Origin: Amoebophrya sp. A120
Taxonomy: Eukaryota > Protista > Dinoflagellata
Direction: 5' to 3'
DNA: 64,000 nt
Assembly: GCA_905178155.1 (NCBI GenBank)
Contig: CAJINV010000002.1
Coordinates: 4,831,709 to 4,895,708 of the forward strand
The notes beneath the pieces were generated by a model. That model ran no database searches, was not told where the DNA came from, and saw only the letters and a program-made list of their open reading frames with translations. How positions within the stretch are numbered: position 1 is the stretch's first letter; every line of letters starts with the position of its first letter. Position numbers and translations under genes: made by a program. This document shows, one piece after another, positions 24,001 to 36,000 of the stretch.

Positions 24001-27000
24001 CTACAAAAAATGAAAATCGCACTTCAGTGCACTCACTTACCAGCAAATCCTGCTTGATGTCTATCGTGAGGAAAAATCCCCCCTCCCCATATCGAAAAGG
24101 CATGTTTCCGAAAATTTGCGTTGCTGATTTGAGGTCACAAATCACGTCTGTCTTGCAAGAAGACACGGGCAAAAGCTCCGCCCCCATTATGGAGGCGATT
24201 TGTCATGCTGTTGGGCCTAAAGCGGAGCCGTTTGCCATGCTGAACAACTAGACCGATACGCCCCTGCATAGCCTGGAGATCTGGCCGCGATGCCTTCCTG
24301 CAATACAAAGCCGATTTGTGTACACAAATCCCGCATCACAGATTTCCATTTCGATATGGGGTGGGGGGATTTTTCCTTTTGATAATGTCCGCCGCCAGTC
24401 TATCGATCATCTCCGCCATCGGAATGTTGAACTTTTTGAACGGATGCAATATGGATGTGTCAGGATCGAAATCGACAAAGTCAAAAAATTTGTGATGCAA
24501 AAAATGCGGGGCACTAAAGGCCTGTATTGGGGAGCAGGCAAATGAGACCGATTGCAAGCCTGTTTAGGGGTATGCAATGCCAATGCGCTGCCAGAGTAGC
24601 ATGACAGGAGCGGCCTTCTTTGCCCAATCAGCATGACAGGCTGGATTTGGGTGCGTCAGAAACTTGTCATGCGCCACTTGGAAACTGAGGCGCCAACTGA
24701 CATCGATTTTGTGCATCGCAAATTTTCCGACTTTGTCAATTTCGATTCTGACACTTCCATATGCAACTGCTCTTTTGTGAACTCCAGCGCGGGAAACCGC
24801 GGCTCCGAGATGATCCACTGCCCGTACTGCCTCAAGATCGAGGGGTCGTTCGCCAGCCGCCGGCAGTGCAGGATTACGTCTCTTGCGGTGGCGAGCGACG
24901 GGTTTCCGATGTGCCCCGAGGACTCGAGGATGAAGTACATGTCCGTTTTTTTGCGTCTTATGAGGAAGAAGTCCGTCACCTTCGCATCCAACAAGTACTC
25001 CATCCGCACGATCTGAAATGGGGGGTCGGGTATAAACTGGTCTTTCGTGTCCGGCACCATCTCTTCCATCCGATTGTAGACGTCGTTCGCCCGCACTTGG
25101 TACAGCTCCAGCACGTCTTCATTTTCGTACGCCAACGCTGCGAACAAATCCAGCAGCGAGAACGTGCTCGCCGGGCCACCAAGGCTTGCCTTCTGCTCCG
25201 GCCAGTGCTGCACATACAGCTGCTCCGGGCGCTCCTGCCCGTTCGGCATGGGCGGCTGGGGGCGGCCAAATTTCAAGTGGTCGCCAGCGTGTTCGATCAC
25301 GATCGCGCGCCCCTTTTCTATGCATTGCAAATATGTCTGGGTCTGGAAACTTGTAATGCTAAAAGTGAATGATAGACGCACTGCAATACGCAGCCATGCA
25401 TGACAAATTTTCTGGCTGCCATGTCTTACGTATTCCGCATGGCAAACTACGTTTTTGCATGACAGGTAAGAGGGCTTTTTCTCGCCTATCGTTCGTTCGT
25501 TGTGGATCGGCTCTGCCGACCGGGTGACCCAACGCCTTGCATATAAATGACCGACTTAGGCGAACCCCGTTGCGGGCATACAAATTGGCCGTACGGAAGG
25601 GCCCTAAGCGCTACATACATAGTTCACCCTAAGCGCCTACCACTTCGGTCTGGGACCTCGTCTACCTGATCCTGGGGGTCCACAGCGCACTAGCCCTTTG
25701 CTAGCATAAACAGACTGGGTTCTAAAAACTGACTTAACTCCCTCCATCCTTTCAACAGTAAGGCCATCATAAAGGTGCGCTAAAAAAGGTTCGGGGCGCT
25801 CCGTACGGAAGGGAGCCTTTCGACGCGGCGTACACTCTCCTGTAGAGGTTTACGCGGAACACGGATGGGCCGCGCACGCAACTCAGTCGAGGAGGACACA
25901 CGCTATCCTCAATAACAGAGGCGGTAGTCCCTCACGGCGGCTGGCCTGTCTGAAGACTGTAAGCCCCACCTCCCATCTTCCCGGTTCGTCAATGACTCGG
26001 GCGAGCCATGTTACTTAGACTCCCCGCGCATGCAAATATGGGACGGCTGGGGGGGTTTAAAAGGTGCTCGCGCCGTTCATGATCTACTATAAAAGAAAAG
26101 GCCTGACTTATACAAATGGCGGAGCTTATAACTACGAGCTGATGGCCTCCTGTTTAATGCTTCATCTCCCTCCTTCCTCTTTTCTTCCTTCTTCAATTAA
26201 ATTCGCCCCCCTCTTCACCTTTACCTCGCCTCTGTTTCAATTTAACTCGCCGCCATCTAACTCGCCTCCTTCCTTCTTCACCATTAGTCGCCTCCTCTCC
26301 TGTCTCTTCCCCACTTTGACTCGCCTCCTTCCCGTCTAGCTAGCTGCTCCCGGCTCGCAGTTCAGAGTCTTCGCGCATTCAAGTCGAACGCCTGGCCTCG
26401 TTACCTGCGTAATTATTATTACTTTTTTTTTTTTTTTTTTTTTTTGGATCCTGTAAGTTCCTCAGTTTCAGTTTCAGTGGAGCGCCCCACCGGTCGAACA
26501 CTTCTGATGGTGAACGAGGACCAGGGATTTGCGGCTTCGCGCCGCGACGACTTGATGGGGGTCCCGCACCCCCCCTCCGTTTCCAAAAATGCAGTTTGTG
26601 CGTGAATGCTGCAAAACCTCCGACACCGCGGCACAAAAAAGGAGCAAGCTCCTCACTCACCATACACAAACCCAAAGAAGGAAATCATCGGGAAGAGATT
26701 TTGTCGACCACAATCAATGACGCCAATGGCAACTACAACCCGAAGTAGGGGAGGGGTAGCTACTCCCGCACAACGCGCGAGATTCGTTTTCATTCTACGT
26801 GTCGAGCCGGTAGCAGCGGCACACGTCCGATAAAGCTTTTTCCACGTCGACGAAGAGCTTGCTTCTTTTTTGCTGAATCGGAAAACCCTAAACCCGTAAA
26901 CCCATCTAATTACAACGGGAGGAAGCAGCCCCGGTCTTTTCACGAAGTTCGTAAAACGGTCAAAAATGATTAAGCTAGTGCGTTACGCTACTGACTGTGT

Positions 27001-30000
27001 GCACGCTTCAGAAAACTTAAGCCCACACAGGTCCGCATTTAGCTACCGCCCGCCCTGAATGAGGCACGTCCTAACCCCGGTAGCAGCGAGGCAGATCTTG
27101 TTTTTTGAAAATTACACCGGGCGTTTGCAGAGTGGCGATAGCCGCAGATGCAAACCTGCGGCTGTTAAGACGGTTGTAAAAAACTAACGCACTTGTTTTT
27201 GCAAAGCTAATAGCACCCCCCAAGCAACAATCCGCTGGCTAGGCGGAAAAAAAAAGAGAAGCCCCTGCGAGGACGCGGGGTCCGCGGAACGCCTAGCGCT
27301 ACAAGACGTGGATCAAGCAAGACTAAGTGCGAAGGCCACAAGACTGTAAAAGGGTAGAGACCTACATATACGTGGGACAACACCGGGCACAGGGAAGATC
27401 TAATTTTTCAAAGGCGAAGGAGCGCACGAATTTGCGATCTAGCTCCTTGGACAAAACGAACGAAGAGCGGCAAAGACAAAGTGCTGAATAACGACTACAA
27501 GGCGGCAGGAAACATACAAAGCATACATAGCAGCAGCAAGCAAATCGGATTCACATTGCTGCGCACCGGCAGGAACTTCAATCACAACGAAACCCAGCCC
27601 CTCAGCCGCGAAGCCGAAGGGCCGGGGGCCTGGCACCTAACTCGAGGTTTGGAGTCCAAGCACCGAAATTCACGCCGTCGATTTCTTTACTTTTTGACTT
27701 TTCTTTTGATTTTTCTTTTGATTTTCTTGTGATTTTTCTTTTGATTTTTCTTTTGATTTTCTTTTTTCTTGTGATTTTTCTTGTGATTTTTCTTTTGATT
27801 CCCCGCCCTGCCTCGTGATCTGCCTGAGTGCTCCTGTGCTGATCTTAGTTGTATCAATTTCGTCGGCCGCTTAATGGATCCACTAGCTGGACAGGTTTTG
27901 AAGGCTCTGAGAGCGATGGCGAGGCTTTGGGACGAACGCACCAAGTCGCGCGAATCTTCTCGCCGGCTTCTCTTTTTATTATTATTTTTTTTTTTTTTTT
28001 TCTCTCCTGTTTCTGTTTCAGATTTAGAACTCTACTGCACTGGACTGCTGTACTTTTCAGCAGCCGGCAAAGTCTTGCAGTGATGTGCTTTTCAAACGGC
28101 CAACGAGGTGCATTTCTCAAACTTGTAGAACATTCAGACGCGACGCCCGAGCTGACTTAGAGACTTTTCAGCTGTTTAACCGTAGAGATCCTGCGTCGCT
28201 TGTAGTCGTCCGCCCGCTCTCCCTCCTGCGCCCATCTGCAAGGGTTCGCTGATAATCCGCCGCATCGTTTGCGCCAGCGTCTCCTCCTCTTCGGCTGCTT
28301 CTTGTTTATTATCTCCGTGCTGTTTGCTTTTCTGCCTTTTCCTTTGCGTTGTATCTTCTCCTTCTGCTTCTCTCTTTTTGGACTCTGTTCTTTCTCCTTC
28401 GGCGCTTTTTCTTCTCCTCACGTTTTCACTGTTGCTCGCTCTCCCTCTTTGTCCTGCAGCGCTACTTGCTCTCTGGTCTTGCGGTGCCCCGGCTTCCTTT
28501 GAGTATCTTTTATACCCTCCCTTTGAGAATTCTAATGAGTACGGCGCTTTTGAGGTTAGGGGGTCTACTTCCGCTCGCACTGGCTCGGCCAACTCCTTTG
28601 CTTCTGTCTTTTGCTTTGTGCTTTTCGCTTCCGCTTGTTTTGATTTTCGTTGAGTCGCCGGCTTCTCATTTCCTCCCGTGACTTTAGCTTCTTTCCCTGC
28701 GCTGCTCCGCGTTATTCCTATACTTATGCCTTTACTTTCTAGCGACGCCCTGGCTTTTGGCTGGACGGCCGAGAACCTGCTGCGTTGCGCGCTGCCTTCG
28801 TGCTTACTTTTTTTTGTTTCTTTTTTCCCTCTTCCTTCTTCGCTCTCTTTCCGTTCCCCCCATTTTTCCTCTTTTGTTGTCGCCCCCTGTTTCGCTGGGC
28901 CGTCTCCCTCTGCGGTCACTTTCTGCCTCGTTTTTTTCTCCTTCCACTCCCCTACGCCACCTTGTGCCCTTTGCGCCCCTACCTTATCGACTCCTCCTGC
29001 TTCTTCTTTGTCTTCTTGGCCCGTTCCATCTACCTCCTCCCCTTCCCAAGTGTAGTCCCGCAGCTCTCCAGGTAGTATCTTCTTCTCTTTTCTTTCTACT
29101 ATCGAGAGCGATAGCGACTGCAATGCTGTCCCCTTTTCTGTGTCTCTTTTACTATTTCTCCTCGTGTCATTTCTATTTTGCGCATCCTCCTCTTCCTCCT
29201 TAATCATTCTTGTAGCGTTCTCCAGCAGCTTCCCCATTAGGTCCTCGTCTGCTTGCTTCACCTTTTTCCGCTCTACTAGATGCGCTTCTTCCTCACTTTC
29301 CTGCTCGTCTTGCCACTCTTTCAATATTCCTCTAGTGTCGCTATTCTCCTTAATATCTTCGGGCTCTTCTATCTTTCTGAGTTCTTCGGGGCATAGTGCT
29401 CCTATTATGAAGTCCTGCCGCTCAGTCCTTGTCATCTCTGGCCAAGCTTCTACGTCTGGCAGCCCTAGCGCCCCCTCTCCGAAATCATATATCGGCCAGA
29501 TTAGTGACCCTCTGTCCATCTCCGACACATCAATGGCGCGCAGGGTCTTGCTTGTCACTATCTCTACTCCTTCTCCCACCCTCCTCTCTTCTTCTTTTAC
29601 TTCGAGGCCCCCCTTATCGATGCATATCCCCACTGTACCACTGTGGCCCTGGAACCGCAAACGCCTCTGCGCATCTTCTTTCTCTATCTTGTGCATCTTC
29701 TCTACTCTTTCCACAATTTGCTGATGTAGTTCTTCAATCTTTTCTGTCAACTCTAAACAAATCCCGTGCTCTGCCCGCAGTTGCCCCGCTGTGGCGCTCC
29801 GTAGCACATCGTAGTCCACTAGCTTCACCACTATCCCTTCTGCTTCTTCTTTTTGCAAATCTTCCAGGATGCGCAGCGAGTTGATCACATAGGCTAGGAA
29901 TCTTTGCTCCTGCTCCCTCTCTTCTGTTTCGAGATGCTTCTGCTCTGTCTTATATATTCTCTTCTCCCACGATGCTCTTCCCGTCGTTCTTCCTGATACT

Positions 30001-33000
30001 ATTCTTCTGCGGGTCACTACTGTCAGCCCTAACTCGTCTGCTGCAATCACTTTCACCAACTCTCCATCCTTCGGCCATGAATTCCCATACGTTCTAGAGT
30101 TGTCCTGTACTATCCCTGTCGCCCTCAGATCTGACACAGCTGGCATCCTTATGCACGTCCCTTTTCCCATTGCATCCAGTAACGCTATATCTGCCACGTT
30201 TCTCTTATCCATCATCTCTATGATTCCCTTCGTTATACCTTGCTCCCCTTCTCCTAAAATTCGCACTGGTAACGTTGCCCACTTCATAAATAGGCCGATG
30301 TCCGTGAGCATGTTCATCTGCGCTAGTGATCGCAGTGATTTTATACCCATTAAGAATGGATCAACTGCGGATAGAACATTATACGAGTACACTACCCGAT
30401 AGAGCGTCTCCGGCGTTGTTTTTGTAATCTTCATTATTTTCTGCAGTGTCTTCTCTGTGAAGCCTATTGCTTCTGCTATTACTACTGCCAGCTCCCCCAT
30501 CAACTCTGCCCAATCTTTGTCCGTGAAGAACATCTGCATAACCGGGAGAAAGTAGATCATCGCCGACGTAAAGAACACCTGTATTACCCACTTCAGTTCC
30601 TCGCCGTTAATCTTCTTCCTTGCTTTCATCACCTGCAGCGATAGGTGCTGCCCTATGCCGATGCTCTGCTTTACCTGTCCCTTTATTAACTTTCTCTGCT
30701 GCTCCGCTCCCAGCGTTGTTATTGTTGTCCCGAGTATTTTTCTCGTCTTTCTTTCATTGAATCTGATCCCGAACGGTCTAAATGCTTCCCGCACTTCTTT
30801 CCTCCTCTCTTCCTCTCTATCTGACGACGTGAACTCGCACTTCTGGGGTGCCAGGAATTGCCCCTCACGAGTGTACATTATTTCGCACGCTATCGCTATT
30901 TCTTCCAAAATTTTCAATACTTTGCCGCGATCTTCTTCGTGGTATGTAAGTGCTAGCGTGCCATCATCAACGAACTGCACCGCTAGCGTTTGCGGCTGCT
31001 TCTTTTTTCCTTCTGCCGTGTTCTGCTCTCCTACCCATTCATATTTTTGCTTGTTCTTCCTTTTCCTTTTTAGTACTCTCCTCCTTCCCCTTCCTGTCCT
31101 GGGGGGCTGTTCTGTTTTGTAGATCTCATCCGTCTCATTTTCTACCACGTACGGCGGAAATGATGTGTCCGTCTCCGTTTCTTTTCTTGTGCCGAAGTTG
31201 TCCTTAATTTTTTCCCTAAGGTTTGTCCTTGCTGCTTGGAGCTCTTTGACTCCCTTCACTCTCCCCGTTTCATCAAATACCTCCTCCAAATATTCCTGCA
31301 CCGCCTCCACCCCTGGCATGAAAACCAATGTGCCCGCTAGCATGCACTCTACTGATCCCTGGATTAGGTCGTGATGGTTCTTTACTTTTGCATACGTGTT
31401 CCCATTGCGTAGCCAAACTTCCTTATTCCAGTTTATTGCTGCGACGAGTTTCAGGTAGCACGGGTGCACTCCGCTGCGCCTGTACGCCCGCAACGCTGTG
31501 CAAAGCGTCAAATTATTATAGAAGTTCGACGCATCCAGCCCAATTATTACGCTAATCCACTTCCTGGCTTCTTCTTCTTCCCTCCTCTTCTCTTCTTCTT
31601 CCTCGCCTTTTCTTCTTTTTGCCTCCTCCTCCTGTTCTGTGTCCGGCGCTGTTATCGGCGAAATACCTCCCTCGCCTTCCTCTTCCGGTGCTTCTCCTTT
31701 CTCTTGAATTTCTTCGCTCATCCAGTTCTCTCCTGCCTTTTCCAGTTTGCTTAGTAGATCGCCTGGCTCCCCGTCTTCTTTCTCCGCACTATCCAGGGTT
31801 TTTTGTATTTCTTCGCTGTGCAAGGTTTCCAATAACTGCACCACTGTTGCCTGACATGAGGCGCCTGGCTTAGATGCTGCGCCACATCTCGCGAAACCAT
31901 TGCTCTTATCGCTTATCCTGACCATTTGGTACGTTAGGTAGCTCATCAGAAATCTCGTCACCGCCGTCCCTTGAATTACTGTTCTGATCTTCTCGCAGGC
32001 TGTTGACGCCGCTGTCTGTTTCTTCAACATTTCAACTTTCACCGCAGTCAAACTCTTATCCAGCAACTTCTCTACGTCTCTCGGGGTCATCGGGGACTCT
32101 GCTAGCTCTTCCAGGAATTTGTTGTACACCTGCGCCAGTATCCTTAACTGCTCGCCGCTTAATGTCTTGTATGCTTGGAATCTAATTCCATCCATTCCTG
32201 CTGCTTGTGCGTTTAGTCTCTTAGTGTGCTTCTTGAGCTGAGTCGCTGTGACTCTGAGCGGCGCCACCTTCTTGCATGCTTCCGTCAGCGATTGATATGC
32301 ATCCCGGAGTGTGCTCCCACTAAATGTGTGGCTCTTCCCATTCTCTTCCATTATCGCTCCTACCTTTGAAATGTGGTTCCCAGCTAGCTCTCTGGTGCAG
32401 TTTTCTGCTCCCGATACTTGTCGACCCGCTACCGTCATTTCCGATATTTCTCCTTCCACCGGCTTTCCTCTTCCTTTTCCAAGTACCATCTCCTTGGCTC
32501 TTCTGGCGTAGTCATGGATGCTCTCTGGTTTGTCTTTTGTTTCTTCTAGCATACAACTATGCGCCTCCATCCACTCTTTCGCTAGTTTCTTTTCTTCTTC
32601 ACTCCGCGCCTCTTCTTTCTTTTCTTCATCTCCTTGGTGGGCCTTCCGACCTTTTCCCTTCCTTTCTTTCCCTGCGTCTTTCGGCTCCTCGCTATTTTTT
32701 TCCTCCCCTTTTCTAACGCTATGGCCTTGGGCTTTCCCCTTCCCTTTCTTTTCTCTCTCTCTTATCCTTCTTCTTCTTATTGTCTCTGCCAGTTTCGGCA
32801 CTGGCTTCTTTTTTTCTTTTATCATTCCCGTTTCCTTCATTGTGCTCGTCACCCACTTGTGGTAGCTTCTTATGTCCTTTATTTCTTCTGCGTTGATCGC
32901 GCTCGCTTCCATTTTCTCCTGAAGCTCTTCCGTCTTAATTGATCCCCTGGGCCAGCGCACTGTCTCTTCGAAAGGGTTCTCCTCTTCAAATCTGTTTTTT

Positions 33001-36000
33001 CCCTTTATTATCTCGATGCTTCTTCGCATAAATTCCGGCGAAGGCTGCATCAGTGCGAACTTCGCGTTGAAGTGTAGTTCTTGCGGATCTTGTTCTGTTG
33101 CTCTGTACGTTGTCGCCACTTCCTCTTCCGCCTCCTGCTCCGTCCACATTATTGTAGCCATTAGCGCTAAATGATCCGCCTCATCGTACGGATTCATCCC
33201 CTCCTCAAACTCCAACACTCTTCGCACGGTCGGGTCTTTTGGTATCTGCACCCTCTGGATTTGCTTCGTGATTATCCTCGATCTGATTGGCGCCACTGCT
33301 AGGAAGTCTATCTTGGATGGGTTCCGCGCACTCCTGTAGCACGTCGGCCCCCCTGGTTCCATCGTCAGCGCTACCTCATTTACGTAATTCTGCAGCGGTA
33401 GAAGCGCCTCCTCATAGACTACTACGCTTATCGGGGTGTTGTTCTTGTCCTTCCGCAGTTTCATCTTTTCTTCTTTCGTTACCTCATATTCACAGTTTAG
33501 GTCTCCCGTTATTATTCCGATCTTAGCCCTTCCCATCATTTCCCTTATTTTCGCCAGCAGCTTCGCCATCTGTCCCCTTATAAATTTTCTCGCCGCTTCA
33601 GTGTCTTCTACCTTCGACTCCCTTCGGTATAGTGATACCACTAGCCTACCTGCTTCATTTATCGCCCCTGTTGCCCACATTAGCATCGCCTCTTTCTTGC
33701 CAATGTCCCGGGTGAGGTACTCCCCTTCCTGCTCTTGTGCTAGGACTACTATACTCATCCTGTACTCTGGCATCCTCAGCGGTTCCTCCACTTCCAGCAT
33801 TGCTGTCCCTCCTGATCTTAATTCTACTGCTATTCTTCGCAGGTCCGTCGCTATTGCCATGTAGATCCTTCGCCCTTTTAGTTTCATTTTTTGGTAGAGC
33901 CATGCCAGTGTGTCCTTTACGTGCTCGAAAGCTGCAACTTTTGCCGGTACTGCTGCCATTTTTGTTTCTGATATTGATGCTTCTGACGCTTCCAGTGCTG
34001 ATATTGCTACCGCCAGCCTTATCGCGTTAGCCCTTCCTACTCCGTTTACGTTCCAATATAGGTGCTTTATAAGCTTCAGGCCGTCTACATCCACGTCACA
34101 CGCTGCGCCTTCTTCCTCAGGTGGCAGGAATTCTATTATGTTCCCGTACTTTTCTTCTACATCTTTGGCAGCTCCTCGCTTATTCTCTTCGCTTCTTCTT
34201 TCTTCTAACTTTTCTAGCCACCACGGGTCTCTAAACTTCTTTGGTTTTCGGACCCCTTCACCCTCCCCGCTAATCTCCTCCGCCATTCTTCTACTTTTTT
34301 TACTTGTGCTGTTCCTCGAATTCTTCTGTCTGTCTTTGTCTTCTCTCTGGCCTGCCTGGTCTTCTCTTCTCTGCAGTTTCGGCTGTGCTGGAATGCTTTC
34401 TTTGAGCATGCAGCAGACGAGGAGCAACGCCCTTCGCATATTTTTCTTCCTCTACCTATGCTATTTTCTGATATCCTGACTCTGATTTTTCTGCTTCCTA
34501 TTTAATATCCTAACCGCTCCGCCTATTTTGCTAGATTTTAAGGGTTCCTATCTGTTTCGGGACTGGTCCGTGGACTAACGCAAAAAGATTTAGACTAATG
34601 CAGAGAAATTCCTACGCGTAAAGATCTTCATGGATCTAGATATATTCGCAACGGCCGGGAGTGCCTCGATCTGCAGTCCTTTCGCTCTCGTTGCGGAACA
34701 CGCGACTCTTTCCGAGTCCCTGGCATCGACTTCGTCCTCGTCAGTTTTTCTTTTCTATGATTTTCGTGGTTAATTACGCAACTCATGCAGTTTCTCGGGT
34801 CTTATCATCCAATTGCTCTCGCTCCTTCTTCTTTCGTGCCCTCCAATTTGCCAATTTCTCGCGCCCTATACTCTTTCTTACCTCTTCTTCCTCCTTTGTC
34901 TCGATCTTCCGCATCTCTTCCTTCTTTCTTCTTCTATTCTCATTGGCCGTTTCTCTGTACTTCATTTCCTTCTTCTCTCTTTCAGTCTTCTCTTCTTCTG
35001 ACATTTCCGCGAGAGACTCCTTTCTTTTCTGCTGCGCCCTTGCTGCTTGTTCTTCCTGCACTTTCCTATCGTGCTCTAGTCTTTGGTCATACGACACTAG
35101 ATAGAGCGTCCCCGCTGACCATGACTTTGTCTCTGCTAGCGCCATCGCCTTCCCTTGCCATTCTTCATAGGCCTCCCTCGACTGCATCACCTTTTTGTGT
35201 TCTGTGTGCCCGTCATTCTGCTCCCGCCGTTCTTCTTTCTTTGCTTTCGGTATTTCTAGCCCTTTTTCTTTGCGCTTTTTCGCCCATCTCCTTCTGTAGT
35301 CTCCTATATGTATCCTCCACTGCTTCTTCCCCATCGGCGGTAGTTTCACTATTCCCTTTTCTCTTTTCCCTAATCTGACTGGGCAACTTTCAAACTCTCT
35401 ATTTGTCTCTTCCGTCTCTGTCGCTTTCATTCTGTTCAGGCGAATCATCAGGGCAGTCGTGCGCACTCTCAATTTCGTCGCCCTCTTCCTCCTCTCCTCC
35501 CATGTCAGGTCCTTCCCGCTCTCGTCTTGTAGTGGTATTCTCTTCAGCCATTTTGAGTCCTTCGCCTCTGCTATTGCTGTTGCACCCCTTGGCTTTGTTG
35601 CTATCTTTTTGCTGAATTTGCTTTTCTTAATTTTCTTCGCTTTGATCAGCGACCTCAGCTCCATCGTTGGGTCTGCCTTGAATAAAATTCGCGGCGGATT
35701 CTTGATCCTCTCTTGCAGCATCTGGCCCACTGTCTTTCTTGTTTTTCCTTCGTTCATTTCCTTCCCTTTCCCCTTTCCTTTCCCTCCTTCTTTATCTTGT
35801 CGCGCACGCTCCGCATCCTCCTCCTTACTCTCCCCGGCTGTTGCCGATTTCCTCCATCTTGTCAGCTCCTCTATGTTGCCATATTTTCCTTTTCCTTCTC
35901 CCATTTTTCCTACTAAGGGCCTACTTCGTATTTTCATAAAGCTGACGACCCCGGTGGGTCTATGTCTACACTACTAATCTCATCGCTACTGACTCTCTCT

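Noticed and set aside
25463-25470. Canonical CAGGTAAG donor inside family A interiors (also at 1851)
   Set aside because: It lies on the strand opposite to the gene and is not conserved in other A copies.
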